Shown here: piece by piece, positions 50,918 to 64,000 of the stretch | Layout: every line of letters starts with the position of its first letter | How positions within the stretch are numbered: position 1 is the first letter of the stretch | Origin: Eledone cirrhosa | Lineage: Eukaryota | Direction of reading: 5' to 3' | NCBI GenBank assembly: GCA_964016885.1 | Contig: OZ024754.1 | Span: 37,324,001-37,388,000 of the forward strand | Length of the DNA stretch: 64,000 nucleotides | Notes under the pieces: model-generated | Databases searched by the model: none | What the model was told of the DNA's origin: nothing | What the model saw: the letters and a program-made list of their open reading frames with translations, nothing else | Program-made: the position numbers and the translations under genes

Positions 50918-51690
50918 TTAAATGCTAAAGGGTTAAATCTGTGTTACAGAAGACATTGGCAGATTTTAAATGCTACAGAGTTAAATCTGTGTTACAGAAG
51001 ACATTGGCAGGTTTTAAATGCTACAGAGTTAAATCTGTGTTACAGAAGACATTGGCAGGTTTTAAATGCTAAAGGGTTAAATCTGTGTTACAGAAGACAT
51101 TGGCAGATTTTAAATGCTAAAGAGTTAAATCTGTGTTACAGAAGACATTGGCAGGTTTTAAATGCTAAAGAGTTAAATCTGTGTTACAGAAGACATTGGC
51201 AGGTTTTAAATGCTAAAGGGTTAAATCTGTGTTACAGAAGATATTGGCAGGTTTTAAATGCTAAAGGGTTAAATCTGTGTTACAGAAGACATTGGCAGGT
51301 TTTAAATGCTAAAGGGTTAAATCTGTGTTACAGAAGACATTGGCAGGTTTTAAAGGCTAAAGGGTTAAATCTGTGTTACAAAAGACATTGGCAGATTTTA
51401 AATGCTAAAGAGTTAAATCTGTGTTACAGAAGACATTGGCAGGTTTTAAATGCTAAAGGGTTAAATCTGTGTTACAGAAGACATTGGCAGGTTTTAAATG
51501 CTAAAGGGTTAAATCTGTGTTACAGAAGACATTGGCAGGTTTTAAATGTTAAAGGGTTAAATCTGTGTTACAGAAGACATTGGCAGGTTTTAAATGTTAA
51601 AGGGTTAAATCTGTGTTACAGAAGAGATTGGCAGGTTTTAAATGTTAAAGGGTTAAATCTGTGTTACAGAAGACATTGGCAGGTTTTGAA
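50918..51690. repeat. 48-bp tandem repeat, about 16 copies, containing the MITE TIR and TTAA
   Basis: Unit TTTTAAATGCTAAAGGGTTAAATCTGTGTTACAGAAGACATTGGCAGG. Confidence 0.95.
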
Positions 51691-51749
51691 CTCAGAAGCT
51701 GGTAATCAGGTGGATTTTTCTAGTTGATTAAATCTTCCTATCCCAGCCA

Positions 51750-51930
51750 CACAAAAAGCAAGACCTGTTAAAAGGATGAATGGACTCCACCCCAAAGATG
51801 GGTTAAATGGCCTGACCTCCTTGCAATTGGCCAAGTATGGAGGGTATGGCTACACCCCTGACATGACCAAAACAAATAGAAATCGATGGTAGTCAACCAG
51901 GGAGGGGTTCCTCCAACAGGAGTGAGAGGG
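51750..51930 (+). mobile_element. decayed RTE-like LINE C-terminal fragment
   Basis: RPVKR..MD...TKTNRNRW*STREGFLQQE* resembles RTE 'RP..RW.D...A.DR..W...E' ends. Confidence 0.4.
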
Positions 51931-51965
51931 CCAGGGATTGGATTGGAAATCTCCCTGTTATAGAT

Positions 51966-52704
51966 TATGGTGGTGGTTGTAGTGAGGGTAATGATGGTGA
52001 TGGTGGTGGTGATGGTAGTGATGATGGTGGTGGTGGATGACAGTGGTGGTGATGATGATGGTGGTGATGGTGGTGATGCTGATAGTAATGATGATGGTGA
52101 TGATGATGGTAGGGATGATGGTGGTGGTGATGACAGTGATGATGATGGTGATGATGATGATGGAAGGGGTGGTGGTGGTGATGACAGTGACGATGATGGT
52201 GATGATGGAAGGAATGATGGTGGTGGTGGTGATGACAGTGGTGGTGATGGTGATGATGGAAGGGATGGTGGTGGTGATGACAGTGATGGTGATGGTGATG
52301 ATGGTTGTGGTGGTGGTGATGACAGTGATGATGATGGTGATGATGGAAGGGATGGTGGTGGTGATGACAGTGATGGTGATGGTGATGATGATGGAAGGGA
52401 TGGTTGTGGTGGTGGTGATGACAGTGATGATGATGGAAGGGATGGTGGTGGTGATGACAGTGATGGTGATGGTGATGATGATGGAAGGGATGGTTGTGGT
52501 GGTGGTGATGACAGTGATGGTGATGGTGATGATGGAAGGGATGGTGGTGATGGAAGGGATGGTGGTGGCGGTGGTGATGACAGTGATGGTGATGGTGATG
52601 AATAAAGATGAAGTGATGGAGGCGGAACATTCTGATGGTTAACGAGCTTGATGATTTTAGTTTACAGGGAAGATGTTGACATTTGATGATATTGATGATG
52701 CTGG

Positions 52705-52754
<50 letters not shown>

Positions 52755-52820
52755 ATGGTGGTGGTGGTGGTAATAATGATGATGATTATGATGATGATGA
52801 TGATGGTGGTGGTGATGAGG
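51966..52820. repeat. (GAT/GGT)n compound microsatellite with higher-order units
   Basis: GATGACAGT and GGAAGG punctuations recur. Confidence 0.9.
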
Positions 52821-52974
52821 ATGAAAATAATTAGAGTTTTGTTGGTGATGAAAGATAAAAGTGATGAAGATGGAGCTGTTGATAAAGGTGTCGATAGCGA
52901 CGATAGTGATTAGAACGTAAGGAAAACTGTCACAACCATGTTGATTGTGTTGATGATGATGATGATGATGATGA

Positions 52975-55900
52975 TAATTAACTAACTAATGATTATAATG
53001 ATGATGATGTTGATGGTGATGATGAGCTAACTAATGATTATGATGATGATGATGTTGATGGTGATGATGAGCTAACTAATGATTATGATGATGTTGATGG
53101 TGATGATGAGCTAACTAATGATTATGATGATGATGATGTTGATGGTGATGATGAGCTAACTAATGATTATGATGATGATGATGTTGATGGTGATGATTAG
53201 CTAACTAATGATGATGGTGATGATGATGTTGATGGTGATGATTAGCTAACTAATGATTATGATGATGATGATGTTGATGGTGATGATTAGCTAACTAATG
53301 ATGATGGTGATGATGATGTTGATGGTGATGATTAGCTAACTAATGATTATGATGATGATGATGTTGATGGTGATGATTAGCTAACTAATGATGATGGTGA
53401 TGATGATGTTGATGGTGATGATTAGCTAACTAATGATGATGGTGATGATGATGTTGATGGTGATGATGAGCTAACTAATGATTATGATGATGTTGATGGT
53501 GATGATTAGCTAACTAATGATGATGGTGATGATGATGTTGATGGTGATGATTAGCTAACTAATGATTATGATGATGTTGATGGTGATGATTAGCTAACTA
53601 ATGATGATGGTGATGATGATGTTGATGGTGATGATGAGCTAACTAATGATTATGATGATGTTGATGGTGATGATTAGCTAACTAATGATGATGGTGATGA
53701 TGATGTTGATGGTGATGATGAGCTAACTAATGATTATGATGATGTTGATGGTGATGATTAGCTAACTAATGATGATGGTGATGATGATGTTGATGGTGAT
53801 GATGAGCTAACTAATGATTATGATGATGTTGATGGTGATGATTAGCTAACTAATGATGATGGTGATGATGATGTTGATGGTGATGATTAGCTAACTAATG
53901 ATTATGATGATGTTGATGGTGATGATTAGCTAACTAATGATGATGGTGATGATGATGTTGATGGTGATGATGAGCTAACTAATGATTATGATGATGTTGA
54001 TGGTGATGATTAGCTAACTAATGATGATGGTGATGATGATGTTGATGGTGATGATGAGCTAACTAATGATTATGATGATGTTGATGGTGATGATTAGCTA
54101 ACTAATGATGATGGTGATGGTGATGATGATGTTGATGGTGATTAGCTAACTAATGATTATGATGATGATGATGTTGATGGTGATGATTAGCTAACTAATG
54201 ATGATGGTGATGATGATGTTGATGGTGATGATGATTAGCTAACTAATGATTATGATGATGATGATGATGTTGATGGTGATGATTAGCTAACTAATGATGA
54301 TGGTGATGATGATGTTGATGGTGATGATTAGCTAACTAATGATGATGGTGATGATGATGTTGATGGTGATGATTAGCTAACTAATGATGATGGTGATGAT
54401 GATGTTGATGGTGATGATTAGCTAACTAATGATGATGGTGATGATGATGTTGATGGTGATGATTAGCTAACTAATGATGATGGTGATGATGATGTTGATG
54501 GTGATGATGAGCTAACTAATGATTATGATGATGTTGATGGTGATGATTAGCTAACTAATGATGATGGTGATGATGATGTTGATGGTGATGATGATTAGCT
54601 AACTAATGATTATGATGATGATGATGATGTTGATGGTGATGATTAGCTAACTAATGATGATGGTGATGATGATGTTGATGGTGATGATTAGCTAACTAAT
54701 GATGATGGTGATGATGATGTTGATGGTGATGATGAGCTAACTAATGATTATAATGATGATGATGATGATGATGATGAGCTAACTAATGATTATGATGATG
54801 TTGATGGTGATGATTAGCTAACTAATGATGATGGTGATGATGATGTTGATGGTGATGATGATTAGCTAACTAATGATGGTGATGATGATGTTGATGGTGA
54901 TGATTAGCTAACTAATGATGATGGTGATGATGATGTTGATGGTGATTAGCTAACTAATGATTATGATGGTGATGATGATGTTGATGGTGATGATGAGCTA
55001 ACTAATGATTATAATGATGATGATGATGATGATGATGAGCTAACTAATGATTATGATGATGTTGATGGTGATGATTAGCTAACTAATGATGATGGTGATG
55101 ATGATGTTGATGGTGATGATGATTAGCTAACTAATGATGGTGATGATGATGTTGATGGTGATGATTAGCTAACTAATGATGATGGTGATGATGATGTTGA
55201 TGGTGATTAGCTAACTAATGATTATGATGGTGATGATGATGTTGATGGTGATGATTAGCTAACTAATGATTATGATGGTGATGATGATGTTGATGGTGAT
55301 GATTAGCTAACTAATGATGATGGTGATGATGATGTTGATGGTGATTAGCTAACTAATGATTATGATGATGATGATGTTGATGGTGATGATTAGCTAACTA
55401 ATGATTATGATGGTGATGATGATGTTGATGGTGATGATGATTAGCTAACTAATGATTATGATGATGATGATGATGTTGATGGTGATGATTAGCTAACTAA
55501 TGATTATAATGATGTTGATGGTGATGATTAGCTAACTAATGATGATGGTGATGATGATGTTGATGATGATGACGATGGTGATGATGATCTTGATGGTGAT
55601 GATTAGCTAATTAATGATGATGGTGATGATGATGTTGATGATGATGATGATTAGCTAACTAATGATGATGGTGATGATGATGTTGATGGTGATGATTAGC
55701 TAACTAATGATTATGATGATGATGATGTTGATGGTGATGATTAGCTAACTAATGATGATGGTGATGATGATGTTGATGGTGATGATGATTAGCTAACTAA
55801 TGATGATGGTGATGATGATGTTGATGATGGTGATGATTAGCTAACTAATGATGATGGTGATGATGATGTTGATGATGATGACGATGGTGATGATGATCTT

Positions 55901-55990
55901 GATGGTGATGATTAGCTAATTAATGATGATGGTGATGATGATGTTGATGATGATGATGATTAGCTAACTAATGATGATGGTGATGGTGAT
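52975..55990. repeat. 3-kb satellite, ~40-50-bp units (GAT)n + ATTAGCTAACTAAT
   Basis: Dozens of copies of GCTAACTAATGAT in (GAT/GTT/GGT)n. Confidence 0.95.
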
Positions 55991-56444
55991 GGTTGTAATT
56001 ATTCTGATTAAAGAACAAAGTATTGAGATGGGAAAAAGATGCTATTTTTTGTGAAGATGACAACGGTTATTATTATTATTGGGGGCGGTGGATTGGCAGA
56101 ATCGGTAGAGCGCCGGACAACATGCTTAGCAACATAGAGTTATGGCTCTTTATGTTCTGAGTTCAAATCCTGCCAAGTTTAGCTGTGCCTTTAATATTAA
56201 CAGGGTCAATAAAATAAAGTACCAGTAATGCACTGGGATCGACTTTCCCCTTCCCCCAAGATTGTTCATTTGTGCCTAAATCAGAAAACATTATTATTAT
56301 GAGTCCAGTGGATTAGAGATATTGATAGAGCTTTGGACAACATGTTTTGCATCATATAGTTACGTCCCTTTACATTCAGAGTTCAAATCCCAGATTTAAA
56401 AAAATAAAGCACCAGTAATGCACTGGAATTGATTTAATCGACTT

Positions 56445-57510
56445 TCCCTTCTTCTTTGCCCACTTATTCCTGAGAGAGTCGTGGGGGACAGAGTCTTCAA
56501 ACACTCCTTCTAGTGGGTCTTGTCAGAAGCAACCATCTCCAAATGATCCCAGCTGGATCCCCAAGTGAGACTAGCCAAGCCCATGGATGTTATCTAACCA
56601 TCTTGCTTGAGGTCTACCCCAGGGTCTCATGCCAGTTGGTTTTGCCTGTAAAATCTGTCCAGAGATTCTTTCCTGAGACATTCTAACCACATGCCCATAG
56701 TATTGGAGCTGTGATCTCTCAATTCAGAGAAGTAGTGGCTCTACATGGAGTGACTCTCTGATCTCTGAGCTACAGATATGACCAGTGATTCTTTCCTGAG
56801 ACATTCTAACCACATGTCCATAGTTTCAGAGCAATGATCTCTCAATTCAGAGAAGTAGTGGCTCTACCTAGAGTGACTCTCTGATCTCTGAGCTACAGAT
56901 ATGACCAGTGATTCTTTCCTGAGACATTTTAACCACATGCCCATAGTATCGGAGCTGTGATCTCTCAATTCAGAGAAGTAGTGGCTCTACCTGGGGTGAC
57001 TCTCTGATCTCTGAGCTACAGATATGACCAGTGATTCTTTCCTGAGACATTTTAACCACATGCCCATAGTATCAGAGCTGTGATCTCTCAATTCGGAGAA
57101 GTAGCGGCTCTACCTGGAGTGACTCTCTGATCTCTGAGCTACAGATATGCCCAGTGATTCTTTCCTGAGACATTCTAACCACATGCCCATAGTATCAGAG
57201 CAATGATCTCTCAATTCAGAGAAGTAGTGGCTCTACCTGGAGTGACTCTCTGATCTCTGAGCTACAGATATGACGAGTGATTCTTTCCTGAGACATTCTA
57301 ACCACATGTCTATAGTATCGGAGCTGTGATCTCTCAATTCAGAGAAGTAGTGGCTCTACTTGGAGTGACTCTCTGATCTTCGAGTTACACACTATCAAGT
57401 AACAATACTTCAAAAACCCTTCAGAGGAACCCCATTTCAGCTACTTGTATTCGCAATCATATTCTTTCGGTCATACTCCAAGATTCATGACCACAGGCAT
57501 GGGTTAGCAC
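56445..57510 (-). mobile_element. RTE-clade LINE 3' fragment with 123-bp x6 in-frame tandem duplication
   Basis: GHESWSMTERI..IQVAEMGFL..VEPLLL.IERSQL.YYGHVVRMSQERI..GRPQARWLD; GATTCTTTCCTGAGAC at 56664, 56787, 56910, 57033, 57156 and 57279. Confidence 0.88.
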
Positions 57511-57929
57511 GAATACCAAATTGTTGGCCTTGTGCCTAAATCAGAAATTATTGAAATTAGATTCACAGAGGAAAGGTTGATGGTGATGGTGATGGTGATG
57601 ATGATAACAGCTAGTGATGATAGTGGGTGGGGGTGCTAATGAATGTAAAGGTTGTGAAGTGTGGGGGGGGGGGGGGTAAAAAATGATGAGAAAGAATAAT
57701 TACAGTGATTTAAGACATGCTGCTACTGCTGCTTATGTTGATCAATATCCCCCCCCCCCACACACACACACATACACCCAATCTGCCAAATCAATATGAA
57801 AAGCTACACTATAAAATAGAACTTCATAAGGAAGCCTTTAGGTTTTAACAAATTGGAGAATTTAGCACTAAGAGCTAAACATATATTATAGTTTGAAAAA
57901 TAATATATATTATATGTATGCATACAAAT

Positions 57930-57939
<10 letters not shown>

Positions 57940-57976
<37 letters not shown>

Positions 57977-58394
57977 TATATATATATATATATATATGAT
58001 TATATATATATATATATATGATTATATATATATATATATATGATTATATATATATATATAATTATATATATATATATATATGATTATATATATATATATA
58101 TATATATGATTATATATATATATATATATATGATTATATATATATATATGATTATATATATATATATATATGATTATATATATATATATATATGATTATA
58201 TATATATATATATATATGATTATATATATATATATATATATGATTATATATATATATATATATATGATTATATATATATATAGATGATTATATATATATA
58301 TAGATGATTATATATATATATATATATATGATTATATATATATATAGATGATTATATATATATATATATATGATTATATATATATATATATATG

Positions 58395-58446
<52 letters not shown>

Positions 58447-58916
58447 TATATATATATATATATGATTATATATATATATATATGATTATATATATATATA
58501 TGATTATATATATATATATGATTATATATATATATATATGATTATATATATATATATATATGATTATATATATATATATATGATTATATATATATATATG
58601 ATTATATATATATATATATATAATTATATATATATATAATTATATATATATATATATATGATTATATATATATATATATATGATTATATATATATATATA
58701 TATGATTATATATATATATGATTATATATATATATGATTATATATATATATGATTATATATATATGATTATATATATATGATTATATATATATATGATTA
58801 TATATATGATTATATATATATATATATATGATTATATATATATGATTATATATATATATGATTATATATATATATATATGATTATATATATATATGATTA
58901 TATATATATATATATG

Positions 58917-58952
<36 letters not shown>

Positions 58953-59700
58953 TATATATATATATATATGATTATATATATATATGATTATATATATATG
59001 ATTATATATATATATATGATTATATATATATATATATGATTATATATATATGATTATATATATATATATGATTATATATATATATGATTATATATATATA
59101 TGATTATATATATATATATATATATGATTATATATATATATATATATGATTATATATATATATATATGATTATATATATATATATATATGATTATATATA
59201 TATATATATATATGATTATATATATATATATATATATGATTATATATATATATATATATATGATTATATATATATATATATGATTATATATATATATATA
59301 TATGATTATATATATATATATATATGATTATATATATATATATATATGATTATATATATATATATATGATTATATATATATATATATGATTATATATATA
59401 TATATATATGATTATATATATATATATGATTATATATATATATATAATCATATATGTATATATATATAATCATATATATATATATATAATCATATATATA
59501 TATTACATATATATATATATATATATAATCATATATATATATTACATATATATAATTATATATATATATATATATAATCATATATATATATTACATATAT
59601 ATAATTATATATATATATATATGATTATATATATATATATGATTATATATATATATATGATTATATATATATATGTATATGATTTTATATATATATATGA
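57940..59700. repeat. (TA)n array punctuated by TGAT/ATCA
   Basis: Direct reading. Confidence 0.95.
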
Positions 59701-60614
59701 GTGTGTGTGTATATATATATATGATTTTATATATATGTGTGTGTGTATGTGTATGTGTACACACATACCCCCACACACACATATAATGATGCATTTCAAT
59801 TTTCCTTGGAGGTAGGAAATGATCACCATCACCCCATCACCATCACCACCACCATCACCATCATCATCACCATCAACGTTTTTTAATAAGAAACAAAAAT
59901 AACTACTACATACAGAATATCTTGCAAATAGAATCAGTGGGGTGTTTTGTTCTTTTTTTTAAAATTTGATTTGATTTATTTTTCTGATATTTTTTATTAT
60001 TTATTTTGGTGATGGTGGTGGTGGTTGTAGTGGTTGTGTGTATATGGGGTGGGAGTTATTTTGAAAATAATTTCTGAAGCATTAATGGGTAAGAATAAGG
60101 TATAGAACTAACTGTAGGTTTCGATGTAAGAAGCCAATTAGTGACTAATGTAACTTGAGGCAAAACATATTTCATGCTGCCACACAAACGACAAACATTA
60201 ACTGATGTGGTTAAATTAAGGGAATATTGAAACTTGTTTATTGAAATAGTGTATGACAACTATTCTATCAGCAGTTTTCAGATCAAATATTTATGTTTGT
60301 ATTTAAATATATTTGCAAAAATGATTTACAAGAAATTTTATTTATTTAGCCATGGGACTACAACGAATAAAGGTAGGATAGGGGAAGAGGAAATATATAT
60401 GTCTCTCTCTACAAATAAGAGAGATTACAGTTTCTAGCTAAAAGGTAACTGGTAGCTGTATATAGTTGCTTCTTGATAACATCTAGCTACTACACATTAT
60501 GGTGAATAAGTACGGACTTTAATGTTTTTAATACACAAAGCAGTTTAAGCTATAAAATATTACAAAACATATATTTCATTGCTCAAACATTTTCTGTAAT
60601 TCATTGCTGTTTAA

Positions 60615-60811
60615 CGTTTTAATGTTCAAACCGGCCAAAACAAGCCAGAATTCTCTACCTCTTTCTGTTGAAACTGGCTGTAACTGGTTGCTCAAACTGA
60701 TGTTAAGGTATTGTTCTCAAAATAAATACTTTCAAAATCTCATAAATTCGATATTATGTGAGATAAAGTCTTTACCATGAAAATATAACAGTATATGTGA
60801 ATACTAAACAG
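60615..60811. mobile_element. piggyBac-type MITE (older)
   Basis: TTAA at 60611 and 60812; the body matches the family. Confidence 0.65.
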
Positions 60812-60924
60812 TTAAGATGTATTATGTATTAAATCGAGCATGGTTAATTACTGGTATTTTATTTTATTGACACCATAAAGATGAAAGGCAAAGCTAACCT
60901 CAGCCGGTGTATTATAAAATTAAT

Positions 60925-61975
60925 TGTTTCTGCTTTTGTAACAAGGCCAGCAATTACCCAGCGCATTACTGGTACTTTATTTTATCGACCCCGTAAGGAT
61001 GAAAAAGCAAAGTTAACCTCGGTGGGATTTGAACTCAGGCCATAAAGGGACGTAACTCTATGCTGGAAAGCACGGTGTCCGGCCCTCTACCGATACTGCC
61101 AATCCACTGCCCTTGTATATGTGATAAAAATTGTTTCTACTTTTGCCACAAGGCCAGCAATTACCCCAGTGCATTACTGGTACTTTATTTTATCAACCCT
61201 GTAAAAATTGTTTCTACTTTTGCCACAAGGCCAGCAATTACCCCCAGTGCATTACTGGTACTTTATTTTATCAACCCTGTAATAATTGTTTCTACTTTTG
61301 CCACAAGGCCAGCAATTACCCCAGTGTGTTACTGGTACTTTATTTTATTGACCCTGTAAGGATGAAAGGCTAAAGTGGGATTTGAACTCAGACCGTAAAG
61401 GGCCGAAACTCTATGCTGCACAGCATGGCGTCCGATCCTCTACTGATGCTGCTAATCCACCAGCTGTAGTATTATAAAATTAATGCAGTAGCAATAGCAA
61501 GTTTAGTTAGTTGCACCAATCGTGGTCTCAGAAAAGAAGTGGCTACGTTTTATGACCTTTGAAAGCTCTTCCATTCTGTTGACATTATAAATGTGGTGAA
61601 AAGGGCAGCGGATTGTCAGTATCAGTAGAGGGTCGGACACCATGCTTTGCAACACAGAGTTTCGGCCCTTTACGGCCTGAGTTCAAATCCCACTTAGCCT
61701 TTCATCCTTACAGGGTCAATAAAATAAAGTACCAGTAACAACACACTGGGGTCGATTTAATTGACTTTCTCCCCCCCAAAAAAATTGCTGCCCTTGTGCC
61801 TATATAAGAAACCATTGTTAGAATGTCGGACGTTTTGCAGCATAGAGTTATGGCCCTTTGTGTTCTGAGTTCAAATCCTGCTGAGGTTAGCTTTGCCTTT
61901 CATCCATATGGTGTTAATAAAATACAGTACCAGTAATGCACCATGGTCGATTTAATCAATTTTCCCCACCTCCTT
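60925..61975. mobile_element. cluster of tRNA/Nin-type SINEs (minus 60925-61460 with triplicated 3' part; plus 61603-61975)
   Basis: Same head and central domain; TTGTTTCTACTTTTGCCACAAGGCC x3. Confidence 0.8.
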
Positions 61976-61979
61976 TCAA

Positions 61980-62187
61980 CCCTTTAGCATTTACATTACT
62001 CTATATATACTATTGTATTTTCACAGTAAAGGCTTTACCTCACATAATATCAAATCTATGAGATTTTGATACTGATTATTTTGAGAACAATACCTTAACA
62101 TCAGTATGAGTGGCCAGTTATGATCAGTTTGAACAGAAAGAGGTGAGAGAATTCTAGCCGGATACGGCTGGTTTAAATGCTGAAGGG
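61980..62187. mobile_element. piggyBac-type MITE inserted in a SINE tail
   Basis: TCAA|CCCTTTAGCATT...AATGCTGAAGGG|TTAA; the SINE resumes with ATTGCTGGCCTTGTGCC. Confidence 0.8.
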
Positions 62188-62285
62188 TTAAATTGCTGGC
62201 CTTGTGCCTGAAGTAAAAACAATTATTAATTTGGTGACTAAAACTATATATATGGAACCAAATACAATATGTTTACGGGTATTAA

Positions 62286-62488
62286 CTCTTTAGCATTTAA
62301 ACTGGCCATATCCAGCCAGAATTCTCTTACCTCTTTCTGTTCAAACCGGCCATAACTGGCCTCTCATACTGATGTTAAGGTATTGTTATCCAAATATATA
62401 ATATCATAATCTCATAGATTCAACATTATGTGAGGTAAAGCCTTTACTGTGAAAATACAATAGTATATATATAGTAAACACTAAAGGG
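62286..62488. mobile_element. piggyBac-type MITE
   Basis: TTAA|CTCTTTAGCATT...CTAAAGGG|TTAA. Confidence 0.8.
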
Positions 62489-63175
62489 TTAAACATACAT
62501 GTAGTCTCACTGAAAATATTTTAAGCTGTGAATCACACTGTGTTAGTGCTATCATTGAATGATGTAATTGGGTATTGGCATAAACATTTGCAGATTAAAA
62601 TCAGCAATACAAGGTATTAGAGGTGGGATGGAATAACAGGGCGGAGTCTGAATGCTTGTAATGTATAGAGTTTTGCTAAAGGTACTCAGACGAGATGAGA
62701 GTGTTTCATGATAGTGGTGGGGCAGTGATCTGAATAGCTTTGCTAAACGTACTCTAGAGACCAGGTGAGAGTGTTTCACCTAGAGGTGTGATAAGCCTGC
62801 CATTAAAAGTATTGGATCTGAAATGAGATTATGTGATAAAATTACATCAACTTTGCATCATTTACTCAAATGGTAAAATAACTACAAGCAATTGACTGTG
62901 GTTGAAATAATCAACATTTTTTTTCTCCCCCCTACTTCATTAATGGGCCTTTTGGACAAGGAAGATAGCACATGTTCTTAAATATAACCAATATAATATT
63001 TTATTACACAACTTTAAAGGCTGTTGAACAAGTGGAAACCCCTCCAGCTTATTCAGATTCTTTGTAGGGTTCCAGTCACTTCACATATTCTGTGAGTACA
63101 GTTGGATAATCTCAAATATGACAAATTACCCCCCACCCCCCTTTTTTTGCCAGCTGAAAATCAAAATTTTCTTTC

Positions 63176-63740
63176 ATTCTTTTACTGGTTTCAGTCATTA
63201 GACTGTGGCCATGCTGGGGCACCACACTCTGTTACTGGTTTCAGTCATTAAACTGTGGTCATGCTAGGGCTCCATATTCTTTTACTGGTCTCAGTCATTA
63301 GACTGTGGCCATGCTGGGGCACCACACTCTGTTACTGGTCTCAGTCATTAGACTGTGGCCATGCTGGGGCACCACACTCTGTTACTGGTCTCAGTCATTA
63401 GACTGTGGCCATGCTGGGGCACCACATTTTTTTTACTGGTTTCAGTCATTAGACTGTGACCATGCTGGGCACCACATTTTTTTTACTGGTTTCAGTCATT
63501 AGACTGTGGCCATGCTGGGGCACCACATTCTTGAACTGGTTTCAGTCATTAGACTGTGGCCATGCTGGGGCACCACATTCTTGAACTGGTTTCAGTCATT
63601 AAACTGTGGCCATGCTGGGGCACCACATTCTTGAACTGGTTTCAGTCATTAGACTGTGGCCATGCTGGGGCACCACATTCTTGAACTGGTTTCAGTCATT
63701 AGACTGTGGCCATGCTGGGGCACTACATTCTTTTACTGAA
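63176..63740. repeat. 50-bp minisatellite, about 11 copies
   Basis: Unit TTACTGGTTTCAGTCATTAGACTGTGGCCATGCTGGGGCACCACACTCTG. Confidence 0.95.
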
Positions 63741-63913
63741 TATTACTTGTCGCAGGAATGCTACTACTTAAAATAAAATTTCACCGGAGATAGGTTAGCA
63801 AAAATTTAATAAGCAGAGGGCTTGAAATAAAAGCAGGTTGTGGGGTTAGAAAAAATATATACATATATATATATACACACACACACGTGTGTGTGTATAT
63901 ATATATGTGTATC

Positions 63914-63981
63914 TCTATCTGACGACCGGTACAGACGTATATATTATTATCGTCTGGGATCCAGAAACCTTTGGTAATAGA
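63914..63981 (+). ncRNA. type-I hammerhead ribozyme (family G)
   Basis: TCTAT CTGACGA ..CAGACG (loop) CGTCTG.. GAAA CC ttt GG TA ATAGA; GUA triplet; adjacent to a (TA)/(CA) tract; base of stem II poorly paired. Confidence 0.65.
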
Positions 63982-64000
63982 ATAGTTATATTTTGTGTTG

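Noticed and set aside
50909-51727. 272-aa repeat ORF
   Set aside because: 48-bp tandem repeat of a MITE end; no coding evidence.

Overview
AT-rich, microsatellite-saturated eukaryotic non-coding DNA, most likely a cephalopod (octopus-like) intron or intergenic region, judged from the 5S sequence, the tRNA/Nin-type SINEs and the (GAT)n-tailed RTE LINEs. No intact host protein-coding gene is supported: the ORF track is dominated by translations of tandem and simple repeats. Recognisable content includes decayed RTE, CRE-like and Tx1/L1-like LINE fragments, several tRNA-SINE families, about 10 TTAA-flanked piggyBac-type MITEs, a Tc2-type MITE and many minisatellites, several of which grew out of TE pieces. 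Two features stand out. (1) More than a dozen type-I hammerhead ribozyme motifs from at least 6 unrelated sequence families, some with covarying stems, lie in short and often palindromic elements inserted in (TA)n/(CA)n tracts. They resemble Penelope-like pLTR remnants or retrozyme-like mini-elements. (2) A full-length 5S rRNA is fused directly to an RTE-LINE 3' tail and flanked by a ~44-bp direct repeat, making it a candidate SINE3-type element or 5S-RTE chimera; a matching partner LINE 3' end is present in the same window. All coordinates were read by eye and may be off by a few bases.
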